The notes under the pieces were generated by a model. That model was not told the DNA's origin, searched no databases, and saw only the letters and a program-made list of their open reading frames with translations. Of a DNA stretch of 64,000 nucleotides, positions 16,930-27,857 are shown piece after piece; position 1 is the first letter of the stretch, and each line of letters begins with the position of its first letter. Made by a program: the position numbers and the translations under genes. Origin of the DNA: Vicugna vicugna (taxonomy: Eukaryota); assembly GCA_013265495.1 (NCBI GenBank), contig MU063057.1, positions 248,001 to 312,000 of the forward strand, written 5' to 3'.

Positions 16930-16949
16930 NNNNNNNNNNNNNNNNNNNN
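16930..16949. other. Assembly gap (20 N)
   Basis: Run of N characters inside the GC-rich island. Confidence 1.
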
Positions 16950-17029
16950 CGGGTCCGAGAGGGGCGGCGCGCCCGGTGCCACCGCGGCCCGGGGCGCGGG
17001 GGCTGGGGCGGCCCCGGCGGCCCCGCGCG

Positions 17030-17311
17030 ATGCGCCGCTCAAGCACAGACGAGTCCACGTACCGGCGCAGCCCGTCGCCGCCGGGCAAGGAGCCGGGCTT
17101 CGCGCGCGGCGGCGCCTTCTTCGGCCTGCACGCCAATCCCGGCCCCAAGGCGGCCCAGGCGCGCTACACGTCGCCCAAGGGTAACAAGTACGTGGTCTTC
17201 TACCTGGACCTCTCCTTCATCTTCCTCCTAGAGCTGAAGCGCTGCAGCATGGCGCGCGGCTGCCTCCAGGGCGTCAAGTACCTCATGTTCGCCTTCAACC
17301 TGCTCTTCTGG
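17030..17311 (+). CDS. TSPAN4: Putative long first coding exon of an N-terminally extended TSPAN4 isoform (73 extra aa; 311 aa total)
   Basis: ATG 17030 is 219 nt upstream of and in frame with canonical ATG 17249, with no stop; 68 of 73 codons end in G/C. Confidence 0.55.
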
Positions 17312-20300
17312 GTGAGTGGCCGCGGGATGTCGGGGATCCGGGGTCGCCGCTTCGGCAGGGGTACGTGGGGGACACCCGGGACGTGGACTGGGAGGCGTGC
17401 CTGGGGGTCGCCGCTCCCTCTGCGGGCCAGGGCTGGATCGGCCCCTGGGGAGGGTTTCCGGTACCTCTGGGGTCCGCCCCGGCCTCTGCACTCTGGGCGG
17501 CCGCCCCGCATCCTCTCCCTGCTCCGTCTCTTCCTGAGACCAGGCGCGTCCCGCACCTGCCGCAGGATCGCCTCAGGCCCCGCGCCTGGCCTCTGCCGGG
17601 TTTAAGTCCCTGTCGGTGCGCGGGGCCGCGGGTGCCTTCCCTCCGTCCCCTTCCTCCCTCTTCGTGGCTGCAGTGCTCGTCTCTTCTTGCCTCCCCTCCT
17701 CAGCAGACTGGCCTACCGGGCCCCAGGGACCACACTTAGGGAGGGGCTGAGGAGGGGAGCGCGGTGGGGCGGGAGAGGAGGGTGTGTGGGTGATTGCGCT
17801 GGTTGGGCCCGAGCCTGAGCAGGATGGTGGGCCAGCAGGAGAGGGGGCTGGCCTGTGCTGCCTCATCCAACGTGGGGGGGGGCATCCATAACTTTTGCAG
17901 AGTTGGGTTGGGTTTGCTCAGATGAGGTGCCTGTGTTCAGGGTCAGAGGTGTTGGCGCTGCAGGGTTGTCCCCTCCCTGCAAGATTGAGAACAGAGGGTC
18001 CACCCGGTCCCGTAAGGGCAGAGAGGGTGCTGGGCTGGGGCTGGGGCAGGTGTCACACTTGGCTCCACTGGTCGCGCTGGGAGAAGGTTGGTGGAGACAT
18101 GATGCCAAGGTCACACTCCCTGCTCAGTTGTTAATTCGTGATCGGACCCTCCTTCCACAACTGGGAGTAAGGGGGTGTGGCTTTAGCTCCTGCCTGGGCT
18201 CTGGGCCCCAGAAGAAGGCTGTCATTTGTAAGCTCATTTGCATGAGGTCCAGTTAAGGCCAAATGCTCAGAAAGCCCGTCTGCCTTTCTGCACCTCCCTT
18301 CCATCCTGGGCGCTGGCTTTCCTCTCCTCAGTTTGTTAAGGGGGGGGTGTCCCTGGGAGGGGTGGCCAGCCTGGGAGGCTCCTGCCCTGATGCCCGTCTC
18401 CAGAAGGGGTCACCCGCAGGTTTTCTTCTCTGCAGGGGGCTCCTGGGAGGGGCAGGCCCCAGGCCAGAGTGGAGGGGTACGCGGGAGGCCAAGAGCCAGC
18501 AGCAGAGGCGGTGTGCAGCTGGAGCTCTGCCCAGGCATGAGAAGAGGGGACTGTCTTCTCTTGGTGGGGGACGTTGACCAAACGTAGGGGCACCAGTGTG
18601 GTTAGCACTGAGCGGCTGGCAGGGTAAGCATGCCCTTGGCAGTGTGACAGGAGAAGGCTGCAGGTGACAGTGTGACCAGAGCTGGCAGCCATGGGTGTGA
18701 GGGAGGTGAGCCGTGTTTGTGGCAGAGTGACAGGGGAATGGGCTGAGGGTGTGAGGGATGGTCCTACGTGGTGGCAGCACCTGCTTCTCCCCTTCCCTTC
18801 CCTCCTCAGTGACCTCTGCTTGCATGGAGGAGAAGGGGTCCCTCAACGTGGCCTGTGCTCTGAGAGAAGCCCACCCCAATGGGCTGTCTTTGCCCTGTGC
18901 ACCCGCAGGAGCCCCCTGCCAGCTGCAGGGTGGACACGCTCCACTGATCCCCATTGTGGATGCCGTCCTCAGCCTAGGGAAGAAAAGTCAGGAAGCCCTC
19001 TGGGACTCTCCCCTGAGGAGAAAATCCAATTCTCTTTCATTATCCAATTAAATTTCCCAGCCAAGCCAACCGGGCCCCTGTACCAGCCTTGGCCCCTCCA
19101 CGCCCCAGCTTCATGTCAGGGGAGTGCAGAGGCCTGGCAGTCAGAAAGTGGACCCATGGGAGATGTGCTGAGGCCAGGGGTGGGGAGAATGGCTGCAGGC
19201 TGGGCGCGACACTCACCCTGCTTTGTCCCTGTGCAGGTGCCAGCTGAGCCCTTCCTGCTGGGGACCAAGGCTGCAGGCAACAGGGTGGCGGCTAGAACAT
19301 GCCTTCCCAGGGACGCTGGCTCCTTTGCTGCCTGGGGGCACTGGGTCCCCACAGGAGTGGTAGTTTTTGCCCCCAACTCCATTTCTCCCCGAGAGTGTCC
19401 TGCCTCAGCCTCCCCACTGTGTTTTTTAAGTAACCCCGTTATTGAAATTTATGTGGTATTTATTCACATACCACACAATTAACCCATTTGAAATGTGCAG
19501 TTCAGTGCTATTCACAGAGTTGTGCAACCATCACCAAAATAAATTTTAGGACATTTGATTCGAGTCATGAAAGGTTCACCATGGGCTCCGAGGTGGTGGT
19601 GGGGGAGCCAGTGGGCTGGAGACCCTCTCCCCCTCACCTGTGTCAGTCCTGACTCCACCCTCCAGGGATGGGCCGGCTCTGGCCATAATTGACTCCTCGT
19701 GCTCTGTTGGACAGGTCTCCCTGGGGGCTCCTGGCTGGAGTCCTGAGGGCAGGGCTGAGGCCTCCAGCCTTGGGTCCCAGTGGGGCCGGGAAATGTCAGT
19801 ACCCATCTGTCCCAGGGTTGCTCTGCCCGTTCCTGGGTGGCCGGTGGGTCATGGACCCATCTCGGGAGGAACCAGGCCTGCTTGTTGTCACCAGTGCTTG
19901 GAGCTGGGGTGCCCTGAGAAGGGGAGCCAGGAGGGCGCAGGCGGGTGGCAGGGTCACTGGGGGAGGAGAGGCCCAGAGGGGCCGGCGCTGGGGTCTCTCC
20001 GAGCTCAGAGTGGCCAACTCCCAGAACTGCACCTGCCATCCTGCAGCGGACGGGCCCTCACAGGCAAGGGGCAGCCCCCCTGGGGGTGCAGCCTCCCTTC
20101 TCTGAGGTGTGCACAGGGGGTCAGCAGCTTAGGGCCAGGGTCCCTGGGGCAGGGTGTCTCCTGGGAGCCCCATGCTGGTGATTAGGGCTCTGTGCGGGGC
20201 CCAGGAGTGAGGGCCAGGGGCTGAGCAGCCCCTGGGAAGCGGCCGGGGTTGGGCAGAGGAGGGAGGCGCCTCCCTGCCCCTTCCTTGCTCTGGGTCAGGT

Positions 20301-23300
20301 GTTCAGGGCTCCCCCAGGGACAGTTACCGCAGCCCCAGATGTAGTCTGGTTGGTCTGGGGATGGTCCTGGGTGGAGGCAAGGCTGGGTTCAGAAACGGTG
20401 AGGGTACTTCTGGGGCTCTCCTGTTGCCAGGTGCCATGCCCAGCCCTAGCCATGCAGCCCAGGTCCTCCTGAATTTGGATGAGCCAGGGTGGGTGGGCAG
20501 CTGTGAAGGGAGGGGGGTCCCTGACCACCCTGGTCCAGGCAGGGGTCAGGATGCCACAGGACAGCTGTTCTGCATGAGTTCTGTCCTTGGGGCCAGCAGC
20601 TGGCTGACTGGACAGATGGGGACTCTGGGGCCTGGGGATGTAACCCCTCTGTGGTGGCAGCACTGGGACCCCTCCCCTGTTCCCCTCCCACCGTGCCCAG
20701 CCGTTGCCCTGCTGCAGTGCGGATGGCAGGGAAACAGTCCATTTCCCAATAATCAACTCCTATTAGGAGGTTGGTGGCTCCCCGGATGGGTTGGGGGTGG
20801 CAGGGGCTGGTCAGGGGGCTGTGGGCTCCGGCTGGCTCTGGTGCAGTCCTGGGTGGCCGTGTTTGGCCTGTCCACCCAGTGACCCAGACGGGCTCCGTGG
20901 GGCCCCTGTGTCAACCTGCTGGGAGGGAGGGTGAGGGGAGAGTCATGGCCTCTGTATGGGCAGAACCTTCCAGACACAAAGCGGAGGCAGAGAGAGCTGC
21001 AGGCAGGGTGGGAGTTCTGTCTGGGGCAGAGAGGGGACAGGGAGCAGTGCAGAGGCCAGAAGGCCTGAGTGGGCAGAGGGGGCCGGGGTCCCAGCCCCAC
21101 CCCCCACCCTAGGCCCTGTCCCCCGTTCAGTTCCCCAGCCCCTGTGCAGGGCAGACCTGGTTTCTGGTGCAGGGGACACATTCTGCCGTGCATGAGCTTC
21201 GTGACCATGGGCCCCCTCCCTGCCCCCGTGCCTGCTCTTGGCTGGGAGTGGGGTGTTGCCCGCCGTGCCTAGCCCCACCCTGAGGCTGCGTTGGCTGCCG
21301 GGTGCTGGGCTGCTGGACACAAGCTTGGCCCCTGTGGGCACGCAGCCCTCCACCCCCTTGCAAGGACATGGCCAGCTGCCCGGCCATCTGCCACACTGAG
21401 CCATGTGGCCGGAGGGGCAGCAGTAGAGCACCGGCTGGCATCCACCTGCCATGGGCCTGGAGGGGGACAGCATCACTAGCCTAGTGGTCCCCAACTGCCC
21501 TAGGCCAACCTGAAAAATACCTGGGCAAGGAAAGAGATGTCAGGAAGTGAGGAACACGCGCCAGGTGCTGGGCTGGGGCTGGGGGCAGGCGAGGGCAGTG
21601 GAGGACAGGGTGTGCCCTCAAGGTGTGTGCCAGGGAGACAGGCCACAGCTGACTGTGGGACTAGGGTGGGAGACCCCAGTGAGGGGGCTGGCTCCTCTCC
21701 CAGGCTGTCGTGGGGTCGAGGTCTTCTTCTTGGCCCCACCTGGGCTTCTGTCTGGCCCAGGCAGTGATGAGTGGGGCTGGGGAGGTGCAGGGTAGGCATC
21801 ATCAGGGTGGGGTGGGACCCCGGCCCCCCGGCCCCCCACTGCTGATGCCCTGGCCACCTGTCCTGGGAGAGACCTCGACCCTGCTTGTCCTGCGTTGACG
21901 TGCCGTCTAACGTGGCCCACTTTCTCCTGTACTTGGAGGCTGTAATTTTCTTGCCAAAATGTTTTAAAAGCTGCGTACACAGAAACGTCTTCAAAACTAC
22001 GGATAATTGTGTTAACCATGTGCGCATCTCAGCACGTCTGTGTGGATGTGCCTGAAAGTGGCGGGGCCTGGGGGGTTTGGGGCATGTCTGTGACGTGTGT
22101 CCGTGTGGTGGGTGACACTGTGTGATGCTTAAGGGCGTCTGACAGCCTGGGCTGTGTGCCGCGTCCCAGTGTGTCATGGCACGCACCTGGGTGACAGCCA
22201 GTGGATGTCTCTCCTGCCACTTCGGGGTGGAGGTGAGTGTGTTTCCTGGAGTGTTAAATAAAGAAATGTTTCCACCAGGGCTGGGGGTGGGGCCCGGCCC
22301 CTCCAGGCCCCCCGACCCCTACAGCCACTCCGCCTGCAGTGTCCTCCCTGTGCACTTCCGTGCATCCCCACGGGGCGAGGGAGCTCAGAGGGGCTCACTT
22401 TCCTGCTGAAAGGAGCCATCCGCCTCTGTCCTTGAAGGCAGAGCCAGATGGGCAGGCTGTTGGGGTTTTAAGTAACAGTTCTCCCCGCTGCACCAGCATC
22501 TTCCCGCTGCTCAGGGGCAGCCCCACCCACCCCACCGTGGCCCCAGCCTAGATGTAACCTGGAGATGTAACCCTCCCAGGATGGCTCCCAGCGCCAGCCT
22601 TTCCCAGCATCCTTGGAGATCCCATGAGACCTGGGACAGCCCCTTGGCTCCTGGTTTCTCACCTGCAGGTTGGTGGGGAGAGGGCTGAATAAGCCAGCGC
22701 CTGTCCCAGCCTCTTTTATGCCCCATGGTCCACACCCCCTGGGCGGACATGGGGTGTCCAGAGGCACTGGTGGCCCAGCCTTGCTCCCTCTTGGCGGCCA
22801 TGCCTGCAGTCAGCACTGTGGACAGCGCTGTCCCTGGCACCACGGGTGGGGCCTGCCCCACAGGGGGTAACGCCACCCCACAGGTGGGGGCACACACGTC
22901 TCCTGGCAGCACACACGTGCCCTGTCCTGGGGCTGTGCCAAGCCCAGCTCTGGTGAGGACGGACCCTCCTGGCACATCGCCTGCTGTCAGTGCCCTGGCT
23001 GGCCCCTGGCTTTCACACTCTGGCACACACCAGGCACACGTGCCCCCCACGCCCTTCACGGACCCGCAGGCCCCTACCCTGCTTTGCCCCGGGGAGGGGC
23101 TCAGACGGGCAGGATGAACAGGCCAGGGCAGGAGCCTCCGTGGGGGGCCTGGCGCAGCCTCAGCCAGCAGCAGCCAGAACAGGTGTGGCGTATAATTTTT
23201 AGACAGAAGCTCTCGTGTTTTGTGGACAGCACAAGGAGGGATAAGGTGGGGGACGGAGAGGAGCTGAGCTAACTGGCCCCCCATGGGGTAGGTGTGGGCA

Positions 23301-26300
23301 TTCTAGCCTGGAGCTCTCCTGTCCACCTCAGCCAGCCCTGGGCAAGGCCGAGAGGGACCTCGGACACCAGCAGCAGACTTGGGCCAGAGCCCCTGGTGCC
23401 TGCCCACACCCCTGGGATCCTGAGGCTGCTCCTGCTCTTGGGCTGGGAGCTGTACCGCCCCCACCCCGTAACTGCAGTCTTCCGCCAGCCTGGCTTAATG
23501 CATGTGTGCTCCCCAGGGACTTAGTGAGAGTGGAGCAGCGGCCCCCACCCCTACCCCTGCAGCCAGGGCTGAACTGCTGGTGTGGGCAGGGCGAGTGAGT
23601 ACATGTGCGGAGGGAGAAGCCCTCCTTAGGCAGGGGTTTCAGGGCCCATCAGGCCTGCCTAAGTCATGGGGTATCTACCAGGGTCCAGGCCAGCCTCAAG
23701 GAGGCTTCTGGGCCCCCGGGGTGCAGGGCCCCATGTCCTGTCCAGTCGGCGAGTGGTGTGGAGCCCCCAGGGCTGCCTGGCCTCCCCCGAGCCTGTCAGC
23801 CATCCGCCTCCAGCTGGTCTCTCAAAGCCTGGGTTGCCTCAGGACCCAGAACCGGCTAGCATTTGTAGGGAGCTGCCTGCCCCTAGCCTGTGCCCTGGAC
23901 ACCTTCTCCCGTTTTATCTCGGGATGACTCAGAGACCTCAGAGTCCTGGGGGGCCAGAGCCGCAGCCCCTCAGCTGCCCTGGCTCCACCCTGCTCCCCAC
24001 CCCTAGGAGGTGGGCATCCCTTCCTCACGGAAGGCCGAGAGCCCGCCTTGGATTCACCACCGCCTGGCCTTCTCCCCTTCCTCATTTTAATTGATTTTTG
24101 TAGTAACAAGCAATTATGGAGCTCAATAAAAGCTGCAGTGGTGAAGGAGAGGTGGTGGCAAGGGCACGTGGGGGCTGCACTTCAGAAGGGATGGTTAGGG
24201 GAGGGCGTGTGGGGGCCCAGCCGGGGTGACGGGACAAGACGGGGAGTTCGGGGGGCCGCCCGGGACCTGGCGGGACGCTCACCTGCTACTCTGCCGTCCC
24301 TCTCTCCCCGCCTGGGTCCCAGCTGGGAGGCTGCGGCATCCTGGGCGTTGGCATCTGGCTGGCCGCCACGCAGGGGAACTTCGCCACCCTGTCCTCCTCC
24401 TTCCCGTCCCTGTCGGCCGCCAACCTGCTCATTGTCACCGGCACCTTTGTGATGGCCATTGGCTTTGTGGGCTGCATCGGGGCCATCAAGGAGAACAGAT
24501 GCCTCCTGCTCACTGTGAGTCAGGGCGGGGCGCTGGGGCCGGGCCGGGCGGGGCCCCCCTTCACAGGACACAGACACACAGGTGCCCGCACACCCACACG
24601 CATGCCAGGCAGGGCCCCTTCAGCCGGTACCGGGCCCATGCTCTCTGACACCACCTCTCCCATGACCCCTCCCGGCTCCTGCCCCTGCCCTCTTGGCTCC
24701 CCAGGACCCTCTGTTCAGAGCTCCCAGCCCTCGCCTCAGCTTCGGAGGTGGATTTACAGGCAGGATGTTTCCATCCTGGGGAACATAAATCACAGGAGAA
24801 GGATAAAGGACCCCTGGGCCAGGCTATGCCTATTAGTATGCCTGGCAGCGGCCTCTGGCGGCTGACTCAAGCCTGAAATCACCTGCTTCATCTGGGGCCT
24901 CTGTCTGAGGAGCCCTTGCTGGGGAGGGGCCTCCCAGAGGGTGCGTCCCCTGTCTGTGCAGCTACCCAACGTGTCCAGTATATGCCCCAGATGTTCCCTT
25001 CAGGGCGGCGGGTAGGGGTGGAGCTGAGGCCCCCAACCCTGACCTTTCCCACGGGGTGACTTGGAGGTCAGAGGCTAGTGCTCCACTGCTCAGCCCGGCC
25101 AGGGCACCTGGGCTGAGGTCAAGGCTGTGACTTGAGGTACCACCACCCAGTGGGCCACTGTGCGGTCACAGGTGGGGGCTTCTCTAACTTGTTCCTGCCT
25201 GAGTGGGCAGTGGCCACCCCTGGCTGTCCTGAGGGATGGGACCTGGGGGTTGGGGGTCACTGCAGTCAGACCCACTCCCTGCAGGGGCCCCCTTGGGCAT
25301 CGCTGCACCTGCCCGCCCAGCACAAGGACACGGGTCCGGAGCACACGTGTGTGCTCGAAGACGTGAGGCTGTGCCCAGAGGCCGGGCAAGACCCGACAGC
25401 CCCTGGCACAGAGACTGGAGGGCTCCGAGGGAGGTGGGGCAGCACGAGTGGGGCCTGCAGACCTGGATTGGGGGCTCGGGCTGAGGCTCGCGCCCCACCC
25501 TCTGGGGGCAGCTGGGGGCTGGGTCGCTGAGGCCGCCGGGTCCTCGCCCGCAGTTCTTCGTGCTGCTGCTGCTGGTGTTCCTGCTGGAGGCCACCGTCGC
25601 CATCCTCTTCTTCGCCTACACTGACAAGGTGCGGCTCCCCCACTTCGGGTGTGGGGGCTCCATCCTCACCACCATGAGGGCCACGGTGCACAGGCGACGA
25701 GGGGGCAGGGGCCCTAGCACGGCGTGGACCAACAATGGGACCCGGCCGTGCATCTAATTTTAACCGCAACCATTGGAGGCCGGGCCTGGAGGGAAACGCT
25801 GGGGCCCTGGAGGGCAGAGCAGTGTGAGCTCCCAGGTGGCCCCCAGGCTCGGCCCCCTGCTCCTGCTGACTTCAGCTGTGTATCAGTTGGATGGGGAAAA
25901 TCTATCCCCCATGGATTTATTTCATTACTTATACCAGTGAGGGCTCATTTACAATGTTCTGAGTTACACACTCCAGGACTGTTTTTCTTGCTCGTCTGTC
26001 TTAGTTTTGGTGGCGAGGAGCGCTCACTTGCTCCTGAGTGGAGGTGCACTGAAGGGGGTGCACCTCCTCTCTGGGGAGTCCCTGCCCCAGCCCTGGACTC
26101 GGCCATTTCTCCAAGGAGCCTGGTTCCTTTCCTGGAGGATGGTCTTAGGAACGAGGACCTCGGCCCTCTTGGCCGACAGCGGGGAGACGTGCGGGTCCTG
26201 ACGGGTGTGGGCAGACGCAGCTGAGGGTTTCTGTACTGTCTCCCTCTGAACATAACTGACGGAGGTCGTGCTGATGTGTCTGACTCGAACCCCGGGCTCA

Positions 26301-27427
26301 GCACCACGGGTGGCCCAGGGAGACCAAGGGGCAAAGGCCTGAGCCTGCTGAGGGCTTCTGGGAGGGGGTGACTCCAGGAAGGGGGACAGAAGGCACGGGG
26401 TGGGGGCCTGGGCAGAGGTGGGGTCTGGACGAGGTAGGTGGAGCTGGCTGCAGGGTGGCCCCGCTGTCCTGCAGATCGACAGGTACGCGCAGCGGGACCT
26501 GAAGAGGGGCCTGCACCTATACGGCACCCCGGGCAACGTGGGCCTCACCAACGCCTGGAGCATCATCCAGACAGACGTGAGTCGGGGCGTGGCAGTGCCG
26601 GGCGTGGGCGGTGCCAGGGCGCGGCCAGGGGACAGTCCCAGCCCGCACTTCTTCCGCAGTTCCGCTGCTGCGGGGTCTCCAACTACACCGACTGGTTCGA
26701 AGTCTACAACGCCACGCGCGTGCCTGACTCCTGCTGTTTGGAGTTCAGCGAGAGCTGCGGGCTGCACGCGCCCGGCACCTGGTGGAAAGCGGTGAGGCTG
26801 TGCCCTTCCCCCGGCTCTGGCCCCGGGGACTTGAGGGTGGAGCGCCGGCCTCGCAGCCCCCTGTGACGCCTGCTTTTCCTCCAGCCCTGTTACGAGACGG
26901 TGAAGATGTGGCTCCAGGAGAACCTGCTGGCCGTGGGTGTCTTCGGACTGTGCACAGCTCTGGTGCAGGTAGGGGGTGGGGCTGCCACCAGAACCGCTGG
27001 ACCCACCCCAGCCCCCGCCTTCTTCCCCATGGCAAGTCCTGAATGTGGCAGCATCAGGGAAACCCATCTCCGGGGTGCAGACGGGGGTTGCAGCCAGAGC
27101 GGGCGGACAGCACCAAAGGTGCTGATTGCAGTTGGACTAACGGGCAGAGAGCGGCTGCTGGGGCCAGGCCCCTGGGCCCTGACACCACCCGTGGAGGCCA
27201 GGGTGGGTGGCCAAACCTGAGGGGAAGGGGTCTGGGCTGAGCCCTAGGGTTACAGGCCATCCAGGCAATGGGGTAGGGTCAGGGTGCCTACTGCGGCAGG
27301 ACCTCTCTGGGCTGTCATCCCTGGAGCAGCCCTGCCCAGCTGCCACCTGTCCCCACAGATCCTGGGGCTGACCTTCGCCATGACCATGTACTGCCAGGTG
27401 GTGAAGGCGGACACCTACCGTGCGTAG
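17249..27427 (+). CDS. TSPAN4: Tetraspanin-4, 238 aa: join(17249..17311,24323..24514,25554..25628,26475..26576,26660..26791,26885..26968,27359..27427)
   Basis: Seven phase-0 GT-AG exons, 21+64+25+34+44+28+22 = 238 aa: MARGCLQGVKYLMFAFNLLFW-LGGCG...FRCCGVSNYTDWFEVYNATRVPDSCC...VVKADTYRA*. The ATG exon acceptor CCTCCTAG ends at 17231. Confidence 0.98.
19422..19556 (-). mobile_element. Old L1M 3'-region fragment (antisense)
   Basis: AT-rich ttattgaaatttatgtggtatttattcacataccacacaattaacccatttgaaatgtgcagttcagtg...gttgtgcaaccatcacc is typical reverse-strand L1M 3'UTR sequence. Confidence 0.7.
25890..26010 (-). mobile_element. Degraded L1ME-like fragment (antisense)
   Basis: AT-rich patch aaaatctatcccccatggatttatttcattacttataccagtgaggg resembles reverse-strand L1 (aaaatggtatctcattgtggttttaatttgcatt...actagtgagg). 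Confidence 0.4.
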
Positions 27428-27851
27428 GCTGCGTGCTGCCTGCCATCCCTGCTTCGCTGCCAAAGGATGTTGCCCACTGGGGAGAGGACCACGTCCCCAC
27501 CTGCCTCTCCCGTTGCAGGACTTCTCACCAGCTTGGGCATCAGGAGGGGAGGAGCAGGCAGCCAGACCCCCCCCAGGACTCCTAGCCAGGCCTGTGAACG
27601 TGATGCTGGATGGGGTGGCCGAGTCCTGGCCTGGGGCTGGGGTCGGGAGGGGCTTCTGGCACTTTTTACACCCAAGTATTCACCAGAGTAGTGTTTTCCC
27701 CAACAAACCCTGTCCAGGGCAGGCGGTTGGGGCCATGCACGGGTTGGGGTGGGAGGTGAGGGCTGACCGCTGGTCCTGGTGCTCGAGGCGGGGCCACAGC
27801 CCCGCCATCCACATTCCACAGCGGGGCCAGGGTAGGCTCTGGGTGCATCTT

Positions 27852-27857
27852 AATAAA
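27852..27857 (+). terminator. TSPAN4: TSPAN4 polyadenylation signal AATAAA (a second one at 28200-28205)
   Basis: Canonical hexamer about 425 nt after the TAG, followed by GTATGTG. Confidence 0.7.

Larger units (their letters stand above)
16660..17640 (+). promoter_or_regulatory. TSPAN4: Internal TSPAN4 CpG-island promoter with two inverted CCAAT boxes (ATTGG 16822-16826, 16916-16920) and GC boxes
   Basis: Dense CpG, two GATTGG motifs, several GGGCGG boxes and a G4-type motif at 16781-16803, directly upstream of an in-frame ATG at 17030. Confidence 0.7.

Noticed and set aside
17178-17231. Internal donor AGG|GTAACA at 17181 within the TSPAN4 extension
   Set aside because: Splicing to the 17231 acceptor would need a 51-nt intron, below the usual mammalian minimum.
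26577-26659. Possible tailed mirtron in a short TSPAN4 intron (gtgccgggcgtggg pairing with cccagcccgcac)
   Set aside because: Only about 12 bp with two bulges, and pairing does not extend to the splice sites; unremarkable for GC-rich introns without small-RNA data.
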